Part shown: positions 1-12,276 of the stretch, piece by piece
Numbering within the stretch: position 1 is the first letter of the stretch
How the letters are laid out: the number at the start of each line of letters is the position of its first letter
Assembly (NCBI GenBank): GCA_017499595.2
Contig: CM038998.1
Span: 1,860,001 to 1,924,000, forward strand
DNA: 64,000 nt
Direction: 5' to 3'
Source: Psilocybe cubensis
Lineage: Eukaryota
The notes under the pieces: model-generated
The model's database searches: none
What the model was told of the DNA's origin: nothing
Seen by the model: the letters and a program-made list of their open reading frames with translations, nothing else
Translations under genes and position numbers: made by a program

Positions 1-1310
1 GGGTTCGGTAACACTTTTAGATCTTTCGAGAGAAGGGACAGAGTTTGCAGGCGCATTTTCTTGTCGAGCACCTACAGGAGGGGCACGCGAAGGCGCAGGA
101 AGCGCGTTTGTCGAACCAGAGCCAACAGGTGATGAATTATTTGCAACACGCTGATCCAAAGCTTTCAGAGCCATAGCCCTATACAAAGCCATGAGTTTGT
201 CGTGAAAAAAGTAGATAAGGCAAAGGGACAGACCTTCGCCTTTCTGCTTCTGCACGTGTGGTTCCAGGTACTTGTCCATAGCCGCCAAGCTCCACATCTG
301 AAGCAGAAGAGGGTATCAAGTGGAAGCGATTGGCCAAGGAATAGACGAAATTGCCACCAATGGTCAAAGGGTAGCTGTTATTTGTCATGTTATGATTCCA
401 GGTGACAGAGTAATAAATCTCGAGCTTACTGCATAAATGGCGGGAACCAAGACACCAAAGAGAATGTTTCGCTTCGGTCGCCATAGGTGTCAACCCCTCC
501 TGATCCCTCTCCGGGGTTCTTCTTGTAGAAACGTAAATATACCCATCCTACAAACCAGCCAAACTGAATAATGATCCAGGGGCACTGCAGGCCAAGAAAG
601 CATAGCACGGTTGATAGAGTAAGGTACGCCATTGGCAAGCTCTAGAGAGAGAATGAACATTCGGATTGATTTCATGAATTGACCAACCTACTTTGACGCG
701 AGTCTTGATGACACCGAAAAGTTGGACCTGGTGTTCGGGTATAAGTTGGGTGAACGCCACAAGAATAGATATCTGTAGAGCCATCTGGCCATGATACTGC
801 ATTCCATACCTAAATTATATTCAATTCACGCAAAAATTCACGTAGTAATTCCAAACTCACAGAAACAGGTCGGCGTTTCGTGTCGCAATGAATTCTATCC
901 AATTGAACCCAAAGGCGATGATGTTAGATGCGACGATAGATACCACAATAAACTTGATGGTTTCAATGCTTCCCCATAGCCGTTCGAGATATTTCAACGA
1001 TGCAGGAACGAAGATGAGAGTCATTGCGAACTGTATGTTTCCACATTTTGAGCTGGATTTTTGAGACAACATGTAGAAAGTCACTCACCTCCCATATGGT
1101 CACTTCAACAAAGGCCGAAGTTAGGAGCGTCCAAGGTGCGTAAAGAGCTGATCCAGGGACGAGTGTCATGTATTGACTGGCCTCTGCGCCCATACCATTC
1201 CAGCATAGGTAGCCATAGAGGGCGGATGATACAATGGTTGTTCCGATGAATGCACGTGTAACTGGGGGAATAGACTGTATCAGGACAAGGGGGGACGACA
1301 GAACAGCCAT
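1..1310 (-). CDS. DUF1751/TMEM115-like eukaryotic integral membrane protein (rhomboid-like fold); multi-exon, 3' end runs off the window
   Basis: ATG at 1310 (MAVLSSPLVLIQSIPPVTR). Spliced exons give PWTLLTSAFVE, YLERLWGS, VAFTQLIPEHQV, WVYLRFY, YGDRSETF and RAEAERRRAMALKALDQR. The frame is still open at base 1. Confidence 0.8.
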
Positions 1311-1496
1311 TTTGCTGAGAAGGGGGAAAAGAACACGCAAACAGCAGTAATGCTGTTGGAATGAGGATTATTTTTTCTCCTGGCTGGAGGAGCGGTGACA
1401 GGTTACTACTTCGTGCCAAACTCACGTGGTTCGAATCAATATTTGTTATTGCCGTAAGCGATGACAGCTTCCTTCGTTTCTTGCACCTCGTCTCCC

Positions 1497-2057
1497 ATGT
1501 CGGATTACGACTTTCGCCCTGGAGGCTCCCTCAAACTCAAAGGAGGGGTCGCTGAGGGCGGCATTGTCAAAAAGTGTGTACGTCGTCATTTCTCCTCTAT
1601 GAGTTCCGAATCCAACACTCTTTCAGGAAGAAGAAAAAATCCAAGACCAAGTCTGATACCGCACTCAAGGACAAAGAATCTAGCAGTGTCCAAGACCTTG
1701 TGTCTTTAGCGACCGATGGAAACAATGCCTCTACTGGTAGTGGTCGTAATTCTCCTGCTTTGACGAGCAGTTCATCTCGCAAGACTGAGGCAGAAAGGCG
1801 CTTTGAAGAGGTCCAGAAGCGCCGGGTATGTTGCACTATTATCTGGAATTCAATCTGTATTAATGCGCTCCTCTTTTAGCTCGAACAGCGTATATCAAAG
1901 TTGGCGCATAAAACTCATAAAGATCGCGTCAACGAATTTAATGCCCACCTTGAAAGCCTTAGCGAGCACCATGACATCCCTAAAGTGATTACAATGCATC
2001 CTCTACTGTTCTCTTTAAATCTGATCATTAACTTTGCCCCAGGTTGGACCAGGATAA
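1497..2057 (+). CDS. FAM32A/DUF1754-family small basic protein, 4 exons
   Basis: MSDYDFRPGGSLKLKGG...KTEAERRFEEVQKRR...[29 protein letters not shown]; this C-terminus is typical of the family. Confidence 0.85.
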
Positions 2058-2401
2058 TATGTATTTGTGTGTTGGACCATTAGTTCACTTTTTGGGCAGG
2101 ATCTGGGTTACATATGCTCGTGTTGTAAACGATGTTGATTGGAGTAGAAAGTTTTAATTACTTGTGCGTAAAGGACCTGGGGAACCAACATGCTTAACTC
2201 TTCTACTTGCTGCAAACTTTATGCCGTATTAGTTTGGTGCTGCTTTTGTAATATATTTGTTCCGCATTCCGCTAGAAAATAGATCTGTATATAAGGGTGC
2301 CATCCTTTTTAAGTCTGTGATCACAAACGCTCTCTTACTCCGCTCTTCCCCATATTTTGACTTGCTCCTCGAGGACTCGTCGCGTTTTTGCGACTTTGCA
2401 G

Positions 2402-4498
2402 ATGCCTAAACCTGACAAGCCTACAAATAAGCCTCACATATGTCCCCCTTCTACAGCCACCCACCCTTCAGACCGATGGGAATCCCTATTCATCTACTCA
2501 TTTATTTGCAAGTTCACCAATCTACGACATAAGGTCGAGGGATTGGAATCACCAATGGAGTACGTAGCACTCTCAAAGTCAGCTTTGTGCAAGTTCTCAT
2601 AGTAACGTTCATGACATGCAGTCTAGAGGAAGCTCTGATGTTGCAAGAGCCAAACAACATCGTGACCCAACTTTTGGTTCAATTCGTGGTCAACCTCAAA
2701 CCTCAGACGCGTAACTTGAGGTAATCGCGTGTTCAAATGGACGAAACACGAAGAAAGATTATGCTGACGAACGACTCGTGTCTCCAGCACCGACCAAATT
2801 TCTACTACAGTGGCGTCTGTGCTTTCGGAATACTTCAAAAGTTCAGAGAGGACGATCTTCTGGGACGAAAAACTGAACGCAAATGTGGATCCTTTCGAAG
2901 GTCTAGAAAGCGGTTTTTTTGCCACGCCTTGGGATTTTAAGGTTCGTGTTTTGTTTCCTCGAAATTATGGGTTGGTTTTGCTAACGTACTGCATTTCATA
3001 ATTGTGATCACACTAGTTGAAAATTCTACGACAGTTGGTTGAACTGCAATTAACCCACTGCGCAGACATCAAAGCAACCATTGATAGGGCATGGGGCGTC
3101 GTCCACAACAAGCATAAGAAGAATCAGGCGCCCCTCGCGCCATTGGATCCAAGCGACCCAAAAAGTCAGGAACGACTACAATTGCAGCCCATAGGACAAG
3201 ATCAGCAACGCAAACGTTATTGGATTGCAGATGGTCCGTGCACAAACGTCCTTTACCTCCTCTTCATGCTTGTCCCCATATTTGCGTATATTTGCCAGAG
3301 GAAACGCCAGTCTCTTTTCTTTCTCCCTGGCTATCGGCCCTTGCCGCCTGAGTTCACAGCTCTACCTGGACAATGGGACTAATTGCGTTTTATGTTTAGA
3401 TTCACCACGTATCTATGTATCAACCAATCCATGGAAGATCACCGCAACATTCCAAACAATATCGTCGACTCGGGAGGAATATATTTCTATCATTGAAGAC
3501 CTGAAGGCCAACGCACCCCCCGAACCTCCCAAAGGCAAAAAGCGAACGCGACTAGAAAATGCACATCTCGCGCTCATAGATACTCTGGAAAAGCGAATTG
3601 AAGCAATTGACGTGGAGCTAGCGGTAAGTGTCCGAATCTATAATTGTTCACCCGAACGCACAAACGTCCACATCTGCTGTATTGTAAACCGAACCTATAC
3701 TGATCATGTCTATTAATTATACAGCGGGTACAAAGAGTGCGAAAAAGGATCGAAACAAAACGAAATTTGCTTGTTCAAGCCGAGGTTCGACAAACGAGGA
3801 CACGAAGGAGAACAGTAAAACCAGATTACGTTTATGGTAATGAGTTGGGCAGCGAGGCAAGTGGCATGGCATGAGTATCTTTGACTTATCTGAGCCAACT
3901 TGCTATTTTTGGACAACAGGATGATGATGGTGCAGATGAATACAACTATCAGGAAGAGGAACGCCAAGATGATGAATACGAAATGGAATATTCCAATGAT
4001 ACCAGAAGAGTTCGGGGAGGACCATCTGTAGGAACGCGACGCTCGACGCGTAATGCGGCAGCAAATGCCAACGGCAAACGTGAAGGCTCGTCGGATTCTG
4101 CCCTGTGGCGGGGAGAACGTCGCTCTTCTCGATTAGGTGGACCCGACATTTACGCGGAAATGGAACCGTCACGAAAACGGGCACGTACAGAGGAGAGCAC
4201 TGCAAGTGCGCAATCGACGGACGGGGTTTCGTCTGAAACTGTCGGGGTGACGAACGGCATCAGAGTGAAGACGTCGGGAGCAGCTGCGCTGAAGCCGACG
4301 GAAGTGGCAATGGAACAGATAGCTGGGAAGAAACGGTCAAAATTCTGGGTTTATGCGGTAGAGCCGATACCCGAGCCCATTCCTTCTGCGCCAGATCCAC
4401 CAAACGAGGATGAAGGGATGAATGATGGAGGAGGTTCGGCAGAGATGAACGGAGAGACAATGAGCAGAGAGAGAAGCGGGTCACCTATGCAATCCTAA
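2402..4498 (+). CDS. Putative chromatin-associated protein with DDT/WHIM-like motifs and an acidic/basic disordered tail
   Basis: Spliced ORF: RWESLFIYSFICKF (DDT-like), KLKILRQLVELQL (WHIM1-like), PIGQDQQRKRYW (WHIM2/WSD-like). Family assignment is from motif resemblance only. Confidence 0.65.
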
Positions 4499-4629
4499 TC
4501 ATAATATCATTCATTTGCAACTACGTACTACTACTAGCCATATACAGCGGTTAATAATTTCAACGCACGTGACTGAACTGACATTAGATTTCGACATTGA
4601 CTGGCGCTGTGAGTTTGCTTTCTTTCTTT

Positions 4630-7115
4630 ATGCTTGCTAGGTCTTCCCGGAGTCTGCTTCCATCTAAACCAAAGTTCCGCTTTCGTGGCTGCCTTTACTC
4701 CCACCATGTCCCCGCTCGCCCCCTTTCTACACACATACAGCACCATATACCCGCTTCCGTCGACGACAGGGCCCTCATAAATCTCTTCGATAGACCCTCC
4801 TCTTCATTCAGACTCTCCTCTACCACACCCACTGGTCTTTTCGGCCATCCTACCCTCACCCATCCCGCTGCACTTATATCCCTTGCCGATGCAACTCTAG
4901 TCCGAGCCCAGCTGTTGACTGCCCGTATTCTCCGGGCTCGCGAGTCCCGGGAAGAGCTCCTCAAGGTCGTAAAGAACCTGGACAGGCTCAGCGACATGCT
5001 ATGTGGCGTCATTGACCTCGCTGAACTTGTCCGAAATGCTCATCCCGATAGAGCGTGGGTGGACGCGGCCAATCACGCGTATGAAGCCCTCTGCGAGTTT
5101 ATGAACGTGCTGAACACAGAGGTTGGGCTCTACGAGGTGTGTATAACTGTTCTCTTTCTCTTTCTGCTCTCATCTTCTCCCACAAGGTTCTTAAAGTCGT
5201 GTTGTCAGACCCCTCGATCGTCAAAACACTCACTCCCGAAGCGTACCAGACGGCCCTGATATTTTGGCGCGACTTTGAAAAATCTGCCATTGATCTTCCC
5301 CCTGCTCAACGCAGCAAGTTTGTCTCCCTCTCTTCCGATATCCTGGTTCTCGGTCGACAATTCCTCGAAGCAGCCAATGCTCCCCGTGCTCCAGCCACTA
5401 TAAAACATTTAGATCTCGCCGGACTTAAAGATAAGGGAATGGGTGTCCGGTTGCAGCTACAAGCACAATTCACCAAGCGTGATTTGCTCGTATACCCAGG
5501 ATCTATGCAAGCACACATGATCATGCGTTCTGCTCCGGAAGAGGAGCCGAGACGGCGAGTCTACCTAGCTGCCAATTCCAGCACTCCAGAGCAGATCGAA
5601 GTTTTGGAGGCCCTCTTACGGAAACGAGCCGAACTAGCCCAGTTGGTTGGACGGAAAAGTTTTGCACATATGACTCTCGATGATAAAATGGCCAAGACTC
5701 CAGGTATGTCGTATCTTTTCCATTCTGACGCCAACAACTTGAATTTGATTGATTCGCAAAAGAAAATGTACTCAATTTTCTTGACGCTCTCCTTGACCAC
5801 ACTCGCCCGTTTGCAAGACGGGCACTGCACACACTAAGCCAGAGAAAACAAGCACACCATGGACTATCCTCTCTACCTATCATTCAGGCATGGGATAGAG
5901 ACTTTTATTGCCCACCTGAACCACCTGCACCACCTATACCATTACCACCACTAACGCTAGGCACAGTATTTATGGGTCTCTCACGCCTATTTCAACATCT
6001 TTATGGGATATCTCTTCGTCCAGCAGACGCTTCCTCTGGCGAAGTTTGGCATTCGGACGTACATAAATTAGAAGTTGTCGACCAAGACAACGGAGTCATC
6101 GGATGGATTTTCGCCGACCTATTTGCACGGCGGGGTAAGCCAAACGGCGCTGCCCATTATACTGTTCGGTGTTCGCGAAGAACGGACGACGATGACGAGC
6201 ACAGAGATGGGACACTGGAAGGTGCCGAGCTACGGATAAAAGAATCCCAGGACTTCGAGGCTGTCAAGCGACACCGGCTACCTAACCAGGATGGTGTATA
6301 CCAGTTACCTCTGGTGGTCTTACTTTGCGAATTTCCTCGGCCGTCACTCGCCAAAGGACCTACAATACTTGACTGGCATGAAGTGCTGACTCTATTCCAC
6401 GAAATGGGTCACGCTATGCATTGTAAGCCCCTTTCTTACTTTCGTTTATGTATCTTACAGTTTTGCTAAATATCATTTACTACTAGCCATGATCGGTCGA
6501 ACAGAATACCAAAACGTAGCAGGCACCCGCTGCGCAACCGACTTTGTCGAGCTCCCCTCTATACTAATGGAACACTTCCTAAACTCACCCACCGTTCTCT
6601 CCCTCTTCGACGTCGACGAGACCTCCACTATCCGCCAAATCGGAAATCACCACAACGACCCATGCCATTCTATCGACACCTATTCCCAGATACTGCTCGC
6701 CGTCGTGGACCAGATATACCACTCACCTGACGTGATCAGCCCTTCGTTTGACTCTACAGCTGCACTGGCACAGTTGCATGATACGCGCGGATTAATACCC
6801 CATGTTCCTGGGACTTCTTTCCAGACACAGTTTGGCCACCTATTTGGCTACGGCGCTACTTATTATTCATATCTCTTCGACCGCGCTATCGCATCTAGAG
6901 TATGGCAGAACGTATTTTCTGGCGATCCTCTCAGCCGGAGTACTGGCGAAAAGTATAAGAATGAGGTGCTACAATACGGAGGGGGTAGGGATCCATGGAA
7001 GATGGTTAGTTCGTTATTGGATGCTCCCGAGTTAGAGACTGGAAATGCAGAGGCTATGCGTGAAGTGGGAAGATGGAAAATTGAAGACGATGTTGGGCAG
7101 CCTGGACGACACTGA
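4630..7115 (+). CDS. MIP: Mitochondrial intermediate peptidase (M3 metallopeptidase, Oct1/MIP), 4 exons
   Basis: Arg/Ser-rich presequence ([10 protein letters not shown]...), [23 protein letters not shown], zinc motif [38 protein letters not shown]. It sits next to the HD genes, as established for Agaricomycetes. Confidence 0.97.
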
Positions 7116-7315
7116 TGTGATTACATGAGGTTTCACAAACTATGCTATACATCGATTGAGGGTAAATTTACGAACATCAGAATTAAAACAGCAATAACAG
7201 AGCTAAGATAGCAACAAATAAAACACGGAGATGATAGAAAGAATGGGCAACAACGTGTGATCATAGTGAAAAGGTAATAATGATATAATAACAACTGCAA
7301 CGAAAAAATGTCTTA

Positions 7316-9524
7316 TTATAACTCTGCTTCCAATTGTCGAATTTGTTCGTTAAGAGCTTTAATTTTGGCTCTTTTGGCGTTTATAACATTTGAACTTTGG
7401 CAATTTTGAGGGGATGTGACGTATGTGTTGGTATTGGCGGAAATTAGCGATGATGCAAAAAGGTAGGGGTCACCAGACTGAAGCAAGGAAGACCAATCTG
7501 GACCCATAGATGAATTTTCTATGACACTGTTGGGATTATGTTGAATAGAAAATAAAAGGTCATCGTCGGAGAAGGGGATTAAATCATTTGTGTCAGGCAA
7601 GGGGTAAGAACCAATAGCAACATCAAATTCAGAGTCTATGCAACAAAATAGGAATGAGAAATGAATGAAATGGTGCAAAGGTGTAGCACTCACTTTTCAA
7701 TGACTCTGGGTAGTAGGAAGGAACCGAGAGGTGCGCTGAAAAGAGAAGATTGCTATTAGATGACCATGAATGGATATAACAAATTTGACTAGGAAAATAT
7801 ACCAGGTACTAAATTAGCCAAAGGGACTTCGGCCTCCTGGTCGATAAGAGATTGATCAGGAAGATCATATTGACCGTAACAGACTTCCAGAGGACAATCC
7901 AATGAAACATTGTTTTCCAAATGCGCTGGTGAAGGAATTAAACAAAAATCATAAGAAGTAATTGGGCCGTCCTGGTTCCACATTTCGGATAATTCATCAG
8001 CAAATGAATTGGTCATGGGTAATGGGTTGGAGACAGTTTGGAGGCGAGGTATAAGAAGGGCACCAGGTGCACGTTTGTTAGGCCATTTGCCTTCTCCGTC
8101 GGAAAGGCGTCTTTTGCGCTTCAGATTGTGAACGATAGACTCCTCGACCACGTCGTCGATAAGGAACCCCGAAATGGGCTGTTCTTTACTATGGGGATCT
8201 CCCTCTGTCCCAGATATATCAGAGTCGCACTTTGAGTGTGTTAAACCCAATAGCTTTGGACTGGGAGAGATTGTTGCAGAGGTATACAAGGGTGCGATGT
8301 CATCGGACGCGTCTTCTGATAGATCAATGCTACTAGCAGGAGAAGGTAAGCTTGCAGTAGCTATATGTGGTATATGCCATGTGTCCGTCCTGAGAATAGT
8401 CAGCAATACGCCATTGGTAACAAGGAATGGGGCCAGCGCACCTGGATTTCTTGGACGAGCCATTCGGATAACTTTCTGAATCACTTTCGGAGGTAGAATA
8501 ACGACGCTTTCGAGATCGAGATTCAGTCACACAAGAGACTGGAAGAACAACTGATGCAAGCTCTTCATCAGGTACCGGACTCGGCGAATGACTAGGCGAA
8601 GAGGGTTCTGGGGTAGGATATGACCGAGAAGGATTACTAGGATGGCGTAAGGAAAATGCGGTAAAATGTTGCTCAGTGACCTACCTTTTTACGCGGTCAA
8701 CTGGAATTACAGGCAAGTTGTGAGTATCTAGCAAATCTGCTGGTATAGATTCGGGAAATTTGTTGGCATAAAGGGACTTCGCCTTACGTGCCATTACGAG
8801 GAACTCGGCACGAAAAGCATCTGTTGGGTCCATTTCTGACAATATGGTGTTAGGATCACTGGGAAAGGATTTAGATTTCGGTTTGAATATGCTGGTGGCA
8901 GCAGCAATAATTTTCTCTTGTTTATTGGAGAAACGTGTTTTGCGTAGATGGTTCCATCCGATACGTTTTCTGATATCAACAAACCAAGCGTCAATATCTT
9001 TTGAAGAGCAGTTGGTTTGACGAATAATATCCTTTTTAACATCCTTCGATGGATAAGGGTTGTGAAGATTGTTCAATAGCCATTCATATGAAGGCTTGAT
9101 GTACGCAGGATGAGATTTAGGAGCTAGAATTAAACGATTCAGTTGGTCCGATGATAAATTGTGATACCAACTTACCAGATCGTAGGGTTGTTGAATGATC
9201 CTCGAGAGTAAGGTTGCTCATCTTAACCTCTATGATTTTTGAGAGGTCGGTGATAGTGGCGCCACCAATTACGCGGATCTCTTTTTCCAGGTCAATAATA
9301 CTTGAGGTCATCGAATTGATGAAAGAGAAAAAGGTGTATACAGCATTCAAGGTATCTTCGTGTAGAGTTTTATGGTGAGATCGGATAATGGAAGTGAAAC
9401 TGGTTAAGGAAGCTAGAAACGACGTAATCCTTGAATTATCGCGGTCGCCCTGTAGTGCGCTGAGGAAAGTGGCTGAATATTCCTGTACTGTGCCGTTAAG
9501 CATTGAGTCGAGGTGAGGATCCAT
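7316..9524 (-). CDS. HD1: HD1-class homeodomain mating-type protein, 6 exons by manual splicing
   Basis: ATG 9524 (MDPHLDSML); intron 9175-9124. TALE-like homeodomain YEWLLNNLHNPYPSKDVK...IDAWFVDIRKRIGW, LPSPASS, NLS-like KRKRRLSD, and C-terminal coiled-coil AKRAKIKALNEQIRQLEAEL*. Confidence 0.93.
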
Positions 9525-9657
9525 AGTGGTAGTGTTGGGACACCCGTCGCAATGGCTCACGCTCAAGAGACAGCCACTGAGATTCAATTTCAAAACCCCG
9601 CTTGTTTGTAATCCCATATAGGTAACAATAGGCTCAAGGCCCCTTCTGTCTCTGCAG

Positions 9658-9745
9658 TAGTCTCGGCCTCCCATCCTCTTTCGGATCGGTTACCGGTTAC
9701 CCATATTGGGTAACCGATCCGAAAGAGGATGGGAGGCCGAGACTA
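9658..9745. mobile_element. 88-bp MITE-like foldback element: 37-bp perfect TIRs and 9-bp TSD TCTCTGCAG (9649-9657 and 9746-9754)
   Basis: TAGTCTCGGCCTCCCATCCTCTTTCGGATCGGTTACC (9658-9694) is the exact reverse complement of 9709-9745. Identical 9-mers abut both ends. No transposase coding capacity. Confidence 0.88.
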
Positions 9746-9816
9746 TCTCTGCAGTGGCACAATTCACGGGTGGCAACGCTAAAAATACCCAAATGGGGCA
9801 GTGCATCTAAACAATG

Positions 9817-9824
9817 TATATAAA
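9817..9824 (+). promoter_or_regulatory. Probable TATA box of HD2
   Basis: TATATAAA about 110 bp upstream of the HD2 ATG, followed by a pyrimidine-rich stretch. Confidence 0.55.
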
Positions 9825-9929
9825 ATTTGGACTCAGCATTGTCATCATTAAAGCTCCGAATCGTGACTTACTCCCTTGTCCTCCCTCTTGGGTCGATCGC
9901 AAACACCGCAAACCTAACGAAGCTCGACG

Positions 9930-11950
9930 ATGGCCGACGCTATGGATTTTCGTGCAGATTTCAAAACCGAACGGGACGCACTCAGCGCCGCGGCCTCTAT
10001 AGCACATTCACTCAGCCAACAGCTCTCCGATTTGGATATTCAAACAACTCAGTTCGCTCCTCCCTCTGATATTGACACTATGATCCCACCTCTTATTTTA
10101 TCCGTACCTCCGGAAATTTTGGAGCCACTCTCTACACTTACAGTATCTGAAAATGCTCGAAACATGATTTTGGAGCGCTTTGGCCGATTTGTCGCTGAAC
10201 TACAGAAAGAATACACATCCGCCTACAGACATAGTTGTATGGAGGTTTATCGTGTCACTGGCTCAATCTCAGACATGCATGCCCTTCATAAGGCATACCA
10301 GGCATTATCCCAGAGACGAATGGTTCCTACCATTAAATCTCAAGTCGACTTTATTTTGGCAGAAGCAAAAAAGCACAGCAAGAATCCGGTGCAGGATACC
10401 AAACGACATTTCAATAGCGTATGTTGCTCTTTGTTCTTTTCTTTCGGGTCTTGACTTATCTTTTTGTAGCAATTTACCCATGTCCTTGAGAAATATTTCG
10501 AACAAAATGGATACCCTTCAAGTTTACATCGATCGGTATTGGCACAGAAATCAGGCATGACACCGCGGCAAATTGAAGTTTGGGTAAACATAACCTTCAA
10601 CTCCCACTCCAAATTGCTAAAGTGTTTTTTTAGTTCCAAAACCACCGCAAACGAGCAAAACAGGATGGAAAAATTATCCGCCGTCTTGACTCAGATTTAC
10701 CGCTCAAGCGAGCGCTTGAACTCCTATCAAGACCTTTGCAGGTCTATCAACGATTGCCCCTGCCACTGGTCAATGAGCCATGCGGTACTTCCTGGGAGAA
10801 CAATAAACGTGTATGTCTTCCCCTTCTTGAACAGTGTTCGGTATTCAAATGTGAAACTTGGCAGGCCGATACGCAGAGCGAGAGTAGTGAGGTAACCTCT
10901 GTTTTATCTGAAACTGACTCTATCGAAATTCGCCCACCACATGCATTTCCAACTCGACGCAGTGATCAATACCCTGATCCGTTCCCCACTGATAAAGGCG
11001 CTTTCACATTTCCCTCTCCTATATGGAGACGAACGCCAGCGACAACCTCAATCATTCCTACGGCGGTAGATATCGACGATTTTTCCAGACAATTCCATAT
11101 GAAGCTCAACTTTGTCAACAATTCATGGAAGCGAGATTGCACCCCAACAAAATCGGAAGTTTTCTCTTCCACCCCATGGTTTGCGCCTTTGAGGACCATT
11201 CCCCCTTCTGCGCCTCTGTCTTCTCTCCAGCAGCCACGTTCTTTGGCGGGAGCATCAACATCAATGCTGACCTCCACTATCGCAAAAGACCCATTTACTT
11301 TCGTCTTCCCAAAGCCGGGCCAAATGGAGCAACGAGACGAATCGAACATTACTTGCATCGTTAGATTACCTGTTGGACCTAAGCAATCATCTTCCTCTGT
11401 TACAGAGCGCATCCATCGCTCTGTTGATGCCCTGGATCGAGAACGCAAAGGACTCCGGATGCGCCCGCGTACTCCCCACAGTAGTAAACCCTCGACTTCC
11501 CGTCTTGACTCTCATGGTGAAATTGCAGGACGAAAAGGTACACCAACTTCTCGCCGTGGACCGAGTAATCTCCAAACATTTGGTTCTCGAACCTCGTCCT
11601 TCACCTCAGACACATCGTCGTCGGACGATACCTCCTCACCGTCAACTCCCCCTTCTTTCCCCGACTATAATTTGCATCCAGATCTGGTGGTCGGATCCGA
11701 CGACCTCGCGGGTAATTTGGACAGTTACGAAGTTACCCCATCTCCATCTTTTGATTTTACGCTTTCAAAATTTCCAACCGATACCCAACCGTCGTCTCCC
11801 CAAATTTTCGATTTGACCTTTACGAGTCCCATGAATACTAATGCAGGGCCATTATCTTCCCGAACTTTTGACTTTATTTTTCCAAACAAAGTGGCTGATA
11901 GACAGCCTTCGGCTCTCCACCAAAATCATACCCCTCTAATATGTACATAA
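9930..11950 (+). CDS. HD2: HD2-class homeodomain mating-type protein
   Basis: ATG 9930. Introns 10419-10469 and 10584-10633 join KRHFNSQFTHVLEKYFEQNGYPS...LAQKSGMTPRQIEVW|FQNHRKRAK. A PPHAFP...FPSPIWRR block and a Ser/Pro-rich tail follow. Divergent from HD1. Confidence 0.93.
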
Positions 11951-12276
11951 CCGACTTTTCGGTACACGTTTTCGTCTATCATCCACTTCTTGTTTTTTTC
12001 TCTCGTCTTCACTGCATTGCTACAACAGTCACTGTTTTCCTTGTCGACCTTGTTTTCTTTTCTAGTCATTATCTTGCTTTCTGTGTTTATCGCTAATATT
12101 GGCATACTAGCATACTACCAACATACCCACCAACTGTATAACTATCAAACATTGTATTTTACGCAAAGGATTCATTGTAAATACACAGCGCTGTGTGGAA
12201 GCATCGTTCTGTGGTTCATTGACTTTAAAAATATGACATCAAGTTGATGTAGCACTGTTTACACCAGTGGTTCACT

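Noticed and set aside
1381-1445. B-box-like GGTTCGAATC (1428-1437) suggesting a tRNA
   Set aside because: The flanks do not form a T-stem (CGTGG vs CAATA) or an acceptor stem, and it lies in a short divergent Pol II promoter.
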